The notes beneath the pieces are model-generated. The model did no database searches and was not told where the DNA came from. It saw only the letters and a program-made list of their open reading frames with translations. A program made the position numbers and the translations under genes. Below are positions 1-13,129 of a stretch of 64,000 bases of DNA, one piece after another (position 1 is the first letter of the stretch; each line of letters opens with the position of its first letter). Source of the DNA: Chiloscyllium plagiosum (lineage: Eukaryota); assembly GCF_004010195.1 (NCBI RefSeq), contig NC_057719.1, positions 69,960,719 to 70,024,718 on the forward strand, in the 5' to 3' direction.

Positions 1-160
1 GTTGAATGGGCCTGGCAAGGTAGCAAACTGACTGAGAAAGATAGAAAAAAAATTTAGAACTGTTCCAGAATTTTCAAAATAATTGTAAAGGAATGAAAAG
101 AAAAACACAGGCATTGAGATAAGGCAATATGGAACAGAATGAAACTGGTGAAATGAACAG

Positions 161-264
161 GGAGAAAGTAAGGACTGCCGATCCTGATGAAGGACTTATG
201 TCCATAAGGTCGATTCTCCTGCTCCTTGGATGCTGCCTGACCTGCTGTGCTTTTCCATCACCAC
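161..264. mobile_element. Penelope-like element family A terminal fragment (inverted 3' tip plus decayed hammerhead region)
   Basis: GGAGAAAGTAAGGACTGC tip followed by CCTGATGAAGGACTTATGTCC...GATGCTGCCTGACCTGCTGTGCTTTTCC, matching other copies in the window; degenerate TSD ACTGGTGAAATGAACAG (144-160) / ACTGGAGAAATGGAAAG (265-281). Confidence 0.8.
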
Positions 265-1329
265 ACTGGAGAAATGGAAAGACAATGTAACGATGAACAG
301 ATTGGAAAGGAGAGGAAAGAAATAATTTGTGGTACAATTAAAACCTTGTAAAAAACAGCATTGAAAAATTAACAGAGCGGCATGGACACTAAATATTGAA
401 AAACGCTAGAAAAACTGAAACAAAGTCTACAGGCTACTTAGAAGATTAAGGTAGTGTCGCATTTTTATACACTATTAGCGAAACAAAAGGAAAAAATACA
501 GCAATTGAATGTCAGAATAATTAATGGTGTTGCCTCAATGGGATTATTAGTCCAGAGGAGGAAATGGCAGCAAATTCTATATTTCCACAGAGTGATTAGA
601 TTCACTGCAGAGTTACAGGTACTAGTTACAAACAGTTTTCCATTCTGTCTGCTTAGGCAATTTCAATGGTAAATGCTCACATTAAATCAAAATAACAAAA
701 AAAACCCAAAAAGTGTACACCAACTTTTCAACAGATTTAAGCTGTTTAAGTAAGTAAAACATTTTAACCTCTAATGGCATAATCAGATTGGCAATGTTGC
801 CATCATGTATAAGATCGGGTACTGAGATATGACATGTAAATGTCCAATCTCGTTGTCTCATGCTGAAGTAAGCAATTTTAGAGTTTCTTCTCAAAATCCA
901 CTTGCAGTTAATGAAACTAATTTAGCAAGCATTTCTATTAAGCCTTTCGACGCACTAAGTGGGATCTGAGGGTAAGGTGATGTTTGGATTTGACATTAAG
1001 AAGAATCGAGTATCATTGACTTAGCCAAAGAATATCACATGGCCAACTGCAATAAAGCAAACAATAACTAAAAATACAAATTTTAGATATTTAAAAAGGT
1101 GCAACTTTAGAAAAAATATGGAAGAGGATGGTTACTGTAACTGACTCCATATTTGAATCACAGAATGATCCACATTTTTGCAGAACAAAGCCGAATGCTG
1201 ACTGCAAGGTCATGAATGGGAATAGGATTACAGCAGAGACAGAAATGTCTTTAATTTAGTTTGGTTGGATGCTTTGTTAAATACATGGGGGACTGGAACT
1301 ACCGGAACTGTCACTAATAAATCCAATAT

Positions 1330-1552
1330 GGGACTTGGAGTCTGGTAAGAGTTTAGATCATCTTATCACACTGAGTGTCTGAGGCCAATATCATAGCTGC
1401 ATTCAAAGGGAAGCTAGACATCTATGAGGGAGAAAGGGACAGAATCTGTTAATACAGTGAGACAAAGATGGGAGGAGTCTCAAGTGGACCATTAACAGTG
1501 GCATAGACCTGCTGGACCGAATGTCTGTTACTGTACTGCAAATTCTATGCAC
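1330..1552 (+). mobile_element. Old CR1 LINE 3' end remnant
   Basis: GCATTCAAAGGGAAGCTAGAC...GGCATAGACCTGCTGGACCGAATG...TTCTATG resembles the CR1 3' UTR. Confidence 0.5.
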
Positions 1553-2332
1553 CGTTCTGAAAACAGTATCTGCAAAATAACTATTAAATTCATTATTAAT
1601 GTCATATGTAAGAAACAGTCCATTCTTCAGACATCAGGTCATCCAACAATTAGAATTTATTTTGTAAACAATTCTACAAACCCAGTGCTAGTATGTTGCT
1701 TCTCATAAATAGATACAGCCAGAGCAAAGAATGTAGAATGAAAGTGACTGCATATATTTAGTGAGGCACAAAATGCTGAAGGTCATTAATGAGTTAGCAG
1801 CTGCTTTTAATGAAATGTCTAATACTGATACCAGATTTGGATTGCGTTGTCCTCTCGTGTGCAGAAAGTGCCCAGAATCACAATAATAAATTAGATCTAG
1901 TAAATTCACTTAGTGGTATTATATTGTCAAACAATTTGATTTCTTGAATTCCATTAATAGAAATGGTTAAATTCCATTGGTCAGATCATCAGACGTTTAA
2001 CAAAATTTTTTTTCTCTTTAACATTCGCTTTATAACAAGATTACATTTTATTATTCAAATGAGTTAAAGACAAAAGTGTTAATTTGTTTCAAAGTGGAAG
2101 CATCTATCAGCAAAATGAAAATGCACTATTCAATGATATTAATAGGATTTTACTGCAGTGAATTTCCAACAGATGCCATGTAAGTTGTTCAGTTCACAAC
2201 ATGAGGAACAGTTACAGTTAACCACAACTGAAATGGAGTAGTTATTTTTATCAACCTGTCTGAACATGTTATGACAAACCTCAGGGACAGGTGGGATTTA
2301 AACCTGCACCTTCTGCCCACAGGTAAGAACAC

Positions 2333-2550
2333 TGTCATGATTGGAACAAGGTCAACCTGGTGGACCTCTTAGAATTGCAGCTGTTAATCTGGTCCAATCA
2401 GGGAGTCCTGGCTGAACTGATATAAACAGGACTGTCAGAGGTTCAGCCTGAGAGGTGTCTCTGAGGAAGCCGTACCAGTGTCAAGCATTATGCATCTGTA
2501 AATAAAGGGTGACTTGGTGACAGGATACTGGCTTCTGTGGAATTATTTCA
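2333..2550 (+). repeat. 5' LTR of Gypsy copy 1
   Basis: TGTCATGATTGG...TTATTTCA; TATAAA and AATAAA motifs; direct repeat of 6485-6705. Confidence 0.9.
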
Positions 2551-2633
2551 GTGGCGCCGAAAGTAAAAATACACTTCTGAAGAAACTTGCTCGCAATAGT
2601 TGTCTTCAAATTGGGGTAAGCATTTCTGGCATC

Positions 2634-5600
2634 ATGCCATTATTTGTGAAGCTTGACTCTCTTGATCCTGCCACTGAGGCCTGGGCCCAGTATGTGGAAA
2701 TAAAGCATTATCTTTTCTAGGCAAATGACGTTGGGGACAGGTGAAAAGCAACAAGTCATTCTCCTGACAACCTGTGGACAAGCAGCTTTCTCGGTTATTA
2801 GGAGCCTAATTTTTCCTGAGGCACCAGATAGTAAAACCTTTCAAGAGTGGATGGATTTGGTGAATGAATATTACAACACCAAGCCTCCCTAATTCTGAGA
2901 TGCTATCGGTTTTACTTAGCAGTTTGAGAACCAGAGGAATCTGAATTGGGATTTTTAATGAGGTTAAAATGACTGGCAGAGACACGTGACTTTGATTTAA
3001 CCTTTAATGAGATACTGAAAGGCAGTTTGGTGTGTATGGGGTTAATGATGTAACCATGCAAAAGAACCTACTAGTGAAGCCCAAATGGACTTCAAAGGCA
3101 CTACAACTGGCTATGTCATTAGAAAATGGGGCAAGTCGGGCATATGAGTAACTGGGTATGCCGATGGAAGTGGATACCATCGCCAAACTGACTGAACTTG
3201 GCGAACCTCACTTGAGTGAAGGCAATATCCTGATCAAAGACTCTTGAGGGCAGCCCACAGCAAAATCATAAAACAAAGCCCAGCTTCGGCCAAACAGTTA
3301 GAATTTTCTTCAGGATCCAGACAGCAAGCTGTTGTAGTTGCTGTCGGTATGCGGACCCAAGACAGCAAAAGACTGGACCTGAATTGAGTAAGAGAACTCA
3401 TAGGCTGGTATACAAGAGACTGCACACCCTGAAAAGCCCATCTACATCTGGCTTGGAACAGTTAAATTGCTTATCAATATCCAAATCAGAACCAGTCAAA
3501 ACAAATGTCTGGTTAAATGGTCACCCGATTCCAATGGGAGTTGATATTGACATGGCTGTATAAGTGATTGTAAAACAAATCTTTAACAAAATTTGTTCCG
3601 GACTCCAACCCTTAAGTTTGCATCAGACCTTAGCTAGACCAAGAACCTATATTGGGAACCAGTACAGATTAAGGTACAACTTTGGTTCTGGCCTCGTATG
3701 AGAAGTACCTTGATTGGCTCAACATTTTTTGAATAGAAAATGTCTGCTTGAGTGAAGTCTCAATTAAATACCTGGAAATTTTTCAGGAAGGTCGAGGGAC
3801 TATCTAAGGAGCATGTTGACCAGAAGCAATTCCACGATTCTGCAAGGCCCACCTAGTGCCATTGGCCTTACAGGCAAAAGTAGAGGCAGAAGTCAGAAAG
3901 CTGGAAATTGAAGGAACCTTCAAACCAGTCCAGTTGCGGAATGGGCAGCACCGGTCGTACTGATTGTGAAGCTCAATCAGTGAAGCTGTCCTTCACAAAT
4001 CTGGACATAAGCATGCAGTCACAGTTAGATGAGGATTCCCAGAAGTATGCTACATTTAATACCCATTATGCTTTGTACCAATATACATAGACTTTAGGGT
4101 ATTGTCAGCCTGTGCCATTTTCTCAGTGGACAATGGAGACCATTTTACAAGGTCTACCCCAGGTCGCCATTTATCTGGATGATGGACTAATAACAGGAAA
4201 GACAATAAAGAGCACTTAGAGAACTTGGACATATTCCTTAGATGTTTCTCCAAGGTGGGCATATGCCTTAGAAAGGAAAATTGTGTGTGTGTCCCAGGAA
4301 CCCCAAGTGACCTACTTGGGCTACAGAATCAACAAGACCAGGTTACACACATTGGAAGATAAAGTGAGGGCAATCAAAGGTGCCCAGACTCCAATGTCTG
4401 TACCGGAGCTTAGGTCTTTCCTTGGACTCGTGAATTATTATGCAAGTTCAGACATAAACTGGTCTCCATCTGGGCACTGTTATAACTATTAAAACGGTCA
4501 GCCTTAGAAAGTTAGAAATCACACAACACCAGGTTATTGTCCAACAGGTTTAGTTGAAAGCACTAGCTTTTGAAGTGCTGCTCCTCCATCAGGTGGATGT
4601 GTGACAGAGCAGCGCTCCGAAAGCAAGTGCTTCCAAATAAACTTGTTGGACTATAACCTGGTATTGTGTGATTTTTAACTTTGCAAACTCCAATCCAAAA
4701 ACGGCACCTCCAAGCCTTAGAAATGTTCTCGTAAACAAAAGTTAGCTTTAAGGGAAGTGAATAAACAGTTATCTTAGCCCAGTACGATCCCAAATGAGAG
4801 GTAGTGCTGACATTTAATGCCTCTCCATACAGCTTCGTGTAGTGTTGGCTCACAGATGGCCCAACAGAGAGAAACGCTCAGTAGTGTATGGTTCCCAGAC
4901 TTTGGCTGATGCACGGTGCAATTATGCCCAAATAGAGAAGCAAGATTTGGTGGTCATCTTTCGTGTGAGAAAGTTCCACCAATACCTTTATGGACATAAA
5001 TTTGTAACAGTAATAGACAACTAATCCCTGCTAGGGTTACTCAAAGAGGACAACCTCTCCCCCCCCCCATGGCTTCAGGTCAAATTTAGTGGTGAGTCCT
5101 TATTCTCAGTGTGTACAATTAAAAGTTTGAACACTGTCCAGGGGGCCAATTGGCTAATGTGGACACCTTGAGCTGCCTCCTGCAGATACTCCACCAGTGC
5201 TGCCTCCCCTGGAAGAGTCCATTCTGGTTTTAAACTTTCTGACACCCTTCTGGTCACCACACAATATCACAAAAAGATCTTGTCCAGCAAAACTAAAACA
5301 GCTGGTGATGATGGGGGAAACAAAAGAGCCATCACAACCAGAACTGAAACCCTTCTGCACCTAGTGAGACCAGATTACCGTAGACGACAGCATTCTATAA
5401 GGGGAGCACGAGTGATTGTCCTGAACAAAGGTCACTGCCAGATACTGACGGAACTCCACCAGGGTCATCTAGGGGTTTCCAAAAGGAAGATGTTGGCGAC
5501 AAGTTATATCTAGTGGCTGTGAGTGGACGGAGACATAGCCATGTTGGTGGGGCAGTGCCCAGAGTGTCAGCAAGGATGAAAATTATCACCAGCAGCACCT

Positions 5601-6000
5601 CCACATTCATGGAAATAGCCAGGTAAACTCTGGACTCGCTTATACTTTGACAATGCTGGCCCTTCATGGGCTCGATGTTCTTAGTCATTGTGGACACCTA
5701 CTCAAAATGGTTGGATGAGCATAGAGCATCGGCAAACACAAGGACGATGATAGAAAAGCTGCCAGCATCTTTTGCAATTCACAGGCTCCTGGAAGTGTTG
5801 GTCACAGATAATGGGCCATCATTTACCAAACTGCCGTAGTTCCTACCTGATTATCAGACCACACCTCGTGCAACTACAGGGATAGCTCCAGCAGAGTTGC
5901 TGATGGGGAGAAGACCCTACACCAGGTTAAATCTGATCTTCCTGGATCTGGCATCAGGAACGCCATTGCCGGAAACAAAGCTTCTCCAAGTGAGAGAGCC
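2634..6000 (+). pseudogene. Disrupted gag-pol (Gag, protease, RT, RNase H, integrase) of Gypsy copy 1
   Basis: ORF-track fragments 2514-2720 (MPLFVKLDSLDPATEAWAQYVE), 3908-4090, 4283-4492, 4842-5024 and 5280-5513; many stops and frameshifts. Confidence 0.88.
4511..4712. mobile_element. PLE family B fold-back insertion inside Gypsy pol
   Basis: Inverted arms (AAATCACACAACACCAGGTTA / TAACCTGGTATTGTGTGATTT); 11-bp TSD AGCCTTAGAAA at 4500-4510 and 4713-4723; the paralogous site in Gypsy copy 2 (~24376) is empty. Confidence 0.85.
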
Positions 6001-6484
6001 AGTTTACTTCAGGGGAACGAGCTTTGGTGCCTAAACCATGGAAACAGCGCTGTATGGGCAAGAGACATGGGTGACGTGAGGTTAGGTCTGTGGTGTACAA
6101 AGTTCAGGTAGGTGAAGAGGTCCTACTAAGCACCTGGACTACATGAAGATTGCAAACTTGCAAGTGCGGCAGGAGCAAAACATACCTGGCCCCGCGGAAC
6201 AGCCGGAAAGACTGTTGGAATCCATGGGTTCTCTGTTCATCTGGCGTTGAAGAAACCTTGGAGTCGGAGATGGACACAGCAGATGCCACAGCCTCGATGC
6301 CTTTCCCACCTGAAGAAGAGGATGAATTTCTTCCAAAATGTCATGGGCACAATAGGAGCGCTATGGTCTGATACGTGCTACCTAATTTCAAGACTGATGC
6401 AGAGGAACCAGACACAATCCAAAAACCCAGGAGAGGCTACAAAAGAAAGAGCAGCCTACTTCCCCAGACTTAGAGGGGGAGGGA

Positions 6485-6705
6485 TGTAGTGATTGGAATG
6501 AGGTCAGCCAGGTGGACCTCATAGAATATGAATTCTCTGATTGGGATGTTAACATGGTCCAATCGGGGAGCCCTGGCTGACAGATATAAACAGGAGTGTC
6601 AGCAGTTCTGTTCACTCTGAGGAAGTCAGACCAGTATTGAGTACTATGCATGTGCAAATAGATGGTGACTCGGTGATGGAGTCTGGCCTCTATGGAGTTA
6701 TTTCA
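6485..6705 (+). repeat. 3' LTR of Gypsy copy 1
   Basis: TGTAGTGATTGG...TTATTTCA, immediately after the polypurine tract. Confidence 0.9.
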
Positions 6706-7214
6706 GACACTACTATTGCACCACAAGAGCACCATAACCTGTGGCTTTACAGAGTCTGAAATGAAATCAGATGCTGAGCCAAAGTAGGCTGGATCAGGAA
6801 GCATGACTAAAAACTTAGTTCGATTTTAAGGAGAAACATGGACATGAGGCTAACATTTGGGATCAAATTCTGAAATTACTATTAGTATTGCTGAAGCCAC
6901 ATCTAAGAAAGGGTGGTGGGTATGGTAGAGGTAGGGAGTTTCACATTGTGTGGAGTCGCAGGAAACAAGAATTTAGGTTGGTAGCAGTTTTGCAGGCCTG
7001 GAAGAGTTTATTTAAGGATGGGGAAAAGGTAGGAATTGGCACTAAGATTAATTACGCCAAGAACCAGTGCAATGCTTGCATTGTAACAATTTTGTGAAAT
7101 AAATGGGAATATGTAATTAAGTATGAGGTCAAGTTTTTTTGTTGGAAGTTAACTGTTGGGGGACCAGGAAGCACTGTGTATCTTCTGTGTTAGCTTTATC
7201 TCAGACGGAACCCC

Positions 7215-7520
7215 TTGCCTGTAAGTCAGAATTTCAAGATTCACTTCATAGCTTGAACACATAATGTACATTGTCATCTTGCTGTAGTGGTGAAGGGCCT
7301 CTGAACTGTATGAGATGCCATATTTTGGATGAGATGATGAATCAAAGCCCTGTTCCTGTGTATTCCACTCCTGGGATAAAAGATCCCATGGCCCTTTTTG
7401 AAGAGCAAGGCAGGTCTTTCTAGTGCTCTCAGCATGTTCATCTCAACCAAGGAAACTAAAACACATGAACCTGGCCATGAGTTCATTGTTTGTGTGATCC
7501 TGCAATGCACAAATTACTAA
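7215..7520 (+). mobile_element. Decayed Deu-domain SINE (SacSINE1/AmnSINE-like)
   Basis: TTTTGGATGAGATG...AAAGATCCCATGGC...TTGTTTGTGTGATCCTGCAATGCACAAATT resembles the Deu-SINE core. Confidence 0.55.
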
Positions 7521-8226
7521 CAAAACCTGTACATCCCATGGCCCAATAGGTAAACAGTTAATTGTTTCCAGGAAGCTTTCTGTTTTTTAGTGCAAATGCA
7601 CAAAACCTGTGATTGAAAATCGATACTGAAAAGATGTCTGCTGTTGATAGTTTTGTTTCAGAACCACATGCAGTAGGGTGATACGGATTATAATTTTCAA
7701 AAAAAATTATTTCGTATCATTGATTGCTCACAGACTATCCTATTGATTGTTAATTGAACATGGACACTCTAAGGAACAGAGACAAAAATAATTATAATGT
7801 CAGTTCATAATTGTACAGAATCATAGAGTAATTAAATATAGTCCTTCTGCTACTGTGTCCAGACTGGTCTAAAACAACTGTTCCATTTCCCACATTTTAG
7901 CACCTCGTCCATAGTCTTGTATGCCTTGGAATTGCAAACACACATTCAAATACTTCCTAAATATTATGAGTGTTTCTGCCTATATTATCCTAATAGGCAG
8001 TGAGTTCCAGATTTCCATCATCCTCTTGGTGAAAAAGGTTTTCTTTACAATTCTTCTAAACCTTTTGCTCCTTACTTAAAATTTATATCCTGGCCATCGA
8101 TCCCTCCATCAAATGGAAACATTTCCTCCAATCCACTCTATCTACTTTGTACATAATTTTATACATCTCAATCAGGTCCCCTCTCAATATCCTGTGCTCG
8201 GAGGAAAACAATTCCAGTCTGTCCAA

Positions 8227-8604
8227 ATAAAAACCATGATTTGGAGATGCCGGTGTTGGACTGGGTTTACAAAGTTAAAAATCACACAACACCAGGTTAT
8301 AGTCCAAAAGGTTTAATTGGAAACACGCTAGCTTTCGGAGTGTCGCTCCTTCATCAGGTGATAATGGAGGGCTCAATCCTAACACACAGAATTTATAGCA
8401 AAAATTTACAGTGTGATGTAACTGAAATTATACATTGAAAAATTGATTGTCTGTTAAGTCTTTCATCTGTTTGAATAACATGATAGTTTCACTGCGGGTG
8501 ATGTAAACCACAAGCAAAAACAGATCTTGCTGGAAAAGCTTAGCAGTTCTGGCAGCATCTGCGAAGAGAAATCAGAGTTAAGGTTTCGGGTCTGGTGACC
8601 CTTC
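8227..8604 (-). mobile_element. Composite PLE insertion: family B fragment (~8239-8495) nested in family C fragment (~8515-8604)
   Basis: TTTGGAGATGCCGGTGTTGGACTGG...AAATCACACAACACCAGG (B) and CTGGAAAAGCTTAGCAGTTCTGGCAGCATCTG...TTTCGGGTCTGGTGACCCTTCC (C); TSD CCAGTCTG(T/C)CCAA at 8214-8226 and 8605-8617. Confidence 0.75.
8327..8360 (-). ncRNA. Minimal hammerhead ribozyme motif (PLE family B)
   Basis: Minus strand reads CAC CTGATGA A GGAG-CGACA-CTCC GAAAG CTA GC: conserved core, stem II, palindromic AGCT stem III, CUA cleavage triplet. Confidence 0.75.
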
Positions 8605-9767
8605 CCAGTCTGCCCAATCTCTGTTCATAACTGAAGCTCTCTAGCCCAGGCAACATCCTGACAAGTCTCCTCTGCGCCCTCTCCAGTGCTATCACATCTC
8701 TCCTATAATGTGGACTCCAGAACTGTACACTTTATTCTCAGTGTGGCCCAATCAAACTTTTATACAGCCACAGCATAACCTCTCTGCACTCAAACACAAG
8801 CCCCAGTTAACAAAGGCAAGGATACCATATGCCTTCTTAACCATTTTATCCACTTGCACAGCAAGGTGCATACAAACCAAGGTACCTCTAACTGTTGGTG
8901 CTTCCCGGTTCTAATGTTCATCATCTATTCCTTTATTTAAGGAAAGGCTTGCCATTTAACAATTTGCTTAACTTCTTCATTCCTTATGTTTTTACAACTG
9001 TTTTTTCATTGGCTGTTGTCTCTTTCACGTCTACTGAAGGGAGATATTTTATGCTACTTTTTCAGCCTGCAAAGCAACTGGCATTTGTATTTAAAATTAT
9101 AAACATCAAATGAATGATGGTAAAAACAGAAATACCATAGCAAATCATGCAGCATCTGTAAAGAGAAAAGACAAGTTATGACTCTTGGGTATGCATCCTT
9201 TATCTGACCTCACTATGGATAGTAAGTTTCATTTTTGTTAAATAGATCAGATTTTTGAAAGGAACACAACATTTATTGCACTGGATAACACTATTTTCAG
9301 TTTTCCTAGTTAAATAACAGCTTTACTGTGGAAACACAGAAACTACATAAAGCTGTAAGGTATTGTGGGTGAAGTTGATAAGTGGAAGTTAGTTTCATGT
9401 TATGGGTGAAAGGATAGGAAAGACTGGATCATTCCCACAGTGACTCTATAACAAACTCCTTATCCCGAAACAACTAAAGCCACTGATGGTGAAAGGGGAA
9501 CAGGAAGGAAAGCAATAGCAGATGATTCAGGCTGCTCTTGCACATCTCTTAATATCTAGAGAAAAGCTGCACGTATTTCAGATAAGTGAAAAATGAAGAA
9601 TCCCCAGGGAAGCCTCTCCATGGATTGGAGTCATTCCGAGCAAACTGGAAAATGAATTTGGTTGCTGGAGATGAATCACCTCAGCCTCAGGACATCTCTA
9701 CATGAGTTCTTCAACACAATGCCCAAATCCCAACTGTCTTCAGCTTCTTCATTAATTAGCTTTCTGA

Positions 9768-11200
9768 AGACATAAGATGCTGGAGCAGAAGTAGGTCCCA
9801 TTGTGTTTGCACCACAATTCAGTGAGATTATGGGTGAACCGATAATCCTCAACTCTGCTCTCCTGCTTTCTTCCCTATAACTCTTGATTCCCTTGCTCAC
9901 TAAAAATCAGTCAATCTTCGACTTGAATATACTGATGACCCAGCCTCTGCAGCCCTCTGCTTTAAAAGATTCCCCAAATTCACTTCCCTCTGAGAAATAA
10001 AATTCTTCCTCATCTCTGTCTTAAAAAGGTTGACCCCTTATTCTAAGGTTATGCTCTCTAGTGCTGGACTTCCCCGCTAGGAGAAATAACCCTTTCATAT
10101 CTCCCCTGCCAAGTCTCCTTAGCATCAGGTAAGTTTCAATCAGGTTGCCTTTCATTCTTTAAGCTCCTTTCAGTCCCTCCAACTTGGGATTAACTTTGTG
10201 AACCTCCTCTGGACTGCCTCCAATGCTAATGTACTTTTCCTTTGATAAGTGGCCAGAAATTGTTCAAAGTCTTCCAGATGTAGTCTGACATGTGCCTTGT
10301 ATATTTTTAACAAGACCTCACTACTTTTACACTTTATTCCCTTTGGCATAAAGGGTAACATTCCAATTGCCTTCCATATTACCTGCTGAACTTGTGTGCT
10401 AGCATTTTGTGATTGAGCACAAGGATTCCCAAATTGCTCGGTGCTGTTGCTTTCTGCAGTCTTTCTCTATTTAAATAGGATTCAACTCCACTATTCTTCC
10501 TATCAGAGTGCATAACTTCACATTTTCCCATTTTATATTCCAATCTGACAAGATTTTGCCCAATTGCTTAACCTGTTTATAATCCCCTGCAGATTCTTTG
10601 TGTCATCCTCGCCACTTGCCTATACACCAATTTTTATATCATCTGCAAACTGTACTACAGTACATTCACTTTCTTCAGCCAAATCATTATTAAATAATGT
10701 GAATAATTGTGGCCCCTGTGGCATTCCACTAGTTACAGGTTGCCATCTTGAAAATGCCCCCTTATCCCAACTTTCTATCTTCTATTAGTTAACCAATCCT
10801 CTTTCCTTGCTAATATACTGCCTCCGGTACCATGGGCTCTCACAAAGCAGGAGAAAGTGAGGACTGCAGATGCTAGAGAGCAGAGTTGAGAGCGTGGTGT
10901 TGGGAAAGCACAGCTGGTCAGGCAGCATCTGAAGAGCAGGAGAATTGATGTTTCGGGCGTAAGCCCTTCATCAGGAAAGGGCTGCTTCCTCATGAAGGGT
11001 TTATGCCCGAAATGTCAATTCTCCTCTCCTCAGATGCTGCCTGGCCTGCTGTGCTTTTCCAGCACCACACTCTCGGCTCTTAGGAAGCAACCTTATGTGT
11101 GGTACCTCATCAAATATCCTCAAAAATCCAAAATCATTACATCTACTGCTTTTGCTTTATCTATCCACCCTTTTACCTCTTCAATTAATTCTGATAAATT
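9768..11200 (-). mobile_element. CR1 LINE 3' ~1.2 kb fragment
   Basis: ORF 10170-10361 (VRLHLED...ALEAVQRRFTKLIP); FADD-like motif (rc of ATCATCTGCAAA, ~10640). Confidence 0.85.
10850..11074. mobile_element. PLE family A fold-back (hairpin) insertion
   Basis: ~85-bp inverted arms around ~10980, each with a decayed hammerhead core; degenerate 15-bp TSD GGCTCT(CACA/TAGG)AAGCA. Confidence 0.85.
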
Positions 11201-11427
11201 TATTTCCCTCCATCATATGATCAAAAGTAGGGATATTCACTGATTACTGCATAATATTCAATGCCATTTGTGACTCCTCAGATCCTGAAGCATTTTGTGG
11301 CTGTATGCAGCAAAACTGGACATCATCTTGGTTTAGGCTGATATGTGACAAGTAACCAATGCACCACAGGAGTGCCAGGCAATTACCACCACCAACAAAA
11401 GTAAATTTAACCATCTCCTCTTGATAT

Positions 11428-12100
11428 TGGGAGAGGTGATGGCCTAATTGTATTATCGCTGCTAATCCAGAGACCCAGGTAATGTTCTGGGGACCTGGAT
11501 TCAAATCCTGCCATGGCAGATTTGAATTCAATGAAAAAAACTGAAATTAAGAGCCCAATAAATCCATGAATACATCGTCAATTGTATTATACTGGTTTAC
11601 TAATGTCCTTGAGGGAAAGAAACTGCCATCCTGGGCCATCCTGCCATTGTGGGCGGCACAGTGGCATGTGGGCGGCACGGTGGCACAGTGATTAGCACTG
11701 CTGCCTCACAGCGCCTGAAATGACTGACTGTGTGGAGTTTGCACGTTCTCCCCTTGTCTGCATGGGTTTCCTCCGGGTGCTCCGGTTTCCTCCCACAGTC
11801 CAAAAAAAAATATGCAGGTCAGGTGAATTGGCCATGCTAAATTGCCCGTAGTGTTCGGTAAGGGGTAAATGTAGGGGTATGGGTGGGTTGCGCTTCAGCG
11901 GGTCGGTGTGGACTTGTTGGGCCGAAGGGCCTGTTTCCACACTGTAATCTAATCTAATCTAATCTAATCTAATCTAATCCTTACCTGGTCTGTGATTATC
12001 GATTCAGAGCAATGTGGTTGACTCTTAACTGCCTCTGGGCAATTAGGGATGGGCAATAAATGCTGGCTTAGTCAGGGATGCCCATCCTGTGAATAAATAT
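11428..12100 (+). mobile_element. tRNA-headed SINE-like element (split by HE1 at 11648-11979)
   Basis: A-box-like TGGCCTAATTG, B-box-like GATTCAAATCC, tail GGCAATTAGGGATGGGCAATAAATGCTGGC. Confidence 0.75.
11648..11979 (+). mobile_element. HE1-type V-SINE
   Basis: GGCGGCACGGTGGCACAGTG head, V-domain GTGGAGTTTGCAC...CTCCGGTTTCCTCCCACAGTCC, (TAATC)n tail. Confidence 0.92.
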
Positions 12101-12134
12101 TTAAAACATTATGGCATAATTGTCACAGATCTCA

Positions 12135-12436
12135 TGGTTCAAGACTAGGGGCATACTTTTAAAGTGAGATGGACTGTGATGAGATAAACGAGACATGAGG
12201 GCAAAGTTTTTTACAGAGAGGGTGGTTCACGTATGGAATGAACTTCCTGAGGAAGTGGTGGATGTGGGCACAGTCACAACATTTAAAAGATACTTAGATA
12301 AGTACATGAATAGGAATGATTTGGAGGGATATTGGCTAGGAGCAGGCAGGTGGGACTAGTTTAGTTTGGGATTATGCATGGCATGGACTGGTTGGATTGA
12401 ACGGTCTCTTTCTGTGCCATATGACTCTATGACTAT
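12135..12436 (+). mobile_element. HER1/CR1 LINE 3' end
   Basis: ACTAGGGGCATACTTTTAAAGTGAGA...ACATTTAAAAGATACTTAGATAAGTACATGAATAGG...ATGACTCTATGACT tail. Confidence 0.85.
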
Positions 12437-12482
12437 GAATACTGTGGTTACAAGGGCAGGTCAGATCTGTGAATTCTGTGGT

Positions 12483-12810
12483 GATTAGATTCTCTACAGT
12501 GTGGAAACAGGCCCTTTGGCCCAACCAGTCCACACTGACCCTCAGAAGAGTAACCCACCCAGACTCATTTCCCTCTGACTAATGCACCTAACACTATGGG
12601 CAATTTAGCACGGCCAATTCACCTGACCTGCATATCTTTGGACTGTGGGAGGAAACCGGAGCACACGGAGGAAACCCATGCAGACACAGGGAGGATATGC
12701 AAACTCCACACAGACAGTCGCCCGAGGCTAGAATTGAACCTGACCCTGGTGCTGTGAGGCAGCAGTGCTAACCACTGAGCCACCGTGCCGCCCTATGAGC
12801 CACTGTGCCG
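12483..12810 (-). mobile_element. HE1-type V-SINE
   Basis: Reverse complement of HE1 tail, V-domain and head. Confidence 0.92.
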
Positions 12811-13129
12811 ATTAACTCATCTCCTGTCTCCTTAGTGCCTATTTACAAAGCAAAAGTCAAGGATTGTGATGGAATACTTTCCCCTTACTTGAATGACTGC
12901 AGCTCCAAGAACATTCCAGAAGTTTGCCAAAACAGCCCACTTGGTTGACATCTCATCCACTACCTTCACTGATAATGCATATTGGCAGCAGTGTGTTCTC
13001 TTTACAAGATACACAACAGCAACTCACCCAGGCTCTTTCAACAGCAAATTACAAATTCATGACCTTTATTAACTATCTGTTGCCTTTGTTCTTTTAATGT
13101 AAACACGGCCATTTGCAACTTCCCTCCAT

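Larger units (their letters stand above)
2333..6705 (+). mobile_element. Full-length decayed Gypsy/Ty3 LTR retrotransposon (probably Mag-like)
   Basis: TG...CA LTRs at 2333-2550 and 6485-6705; PBS-like TGGCGCCGAAAG at 2552; PPT TAGAGGGGGAGGGA at 6471-6484; 5-bp TSD AACAC/GACAC; RT (TFNTH, YLDD, YLG, ELRSFLGLVNYY), RNase H (NYAQIEK..FHQYLYG) and integrase (ELHQGHLG, CPECQ, AGPF) fragments in Gypsy order. Confidence 0.93.
7815..8890 (-). mobile_element. CR1 LINE 3' fragment interrupted by PLE insertions
   Basis: Reverse-strand CR1 RT C-terminus and 3' UTR signatures (CAACATCCTGACAAGTCTCCTCTGCGCCCTCTCCAG; CCAGAACTGTACAC). Confidence 0.75.
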
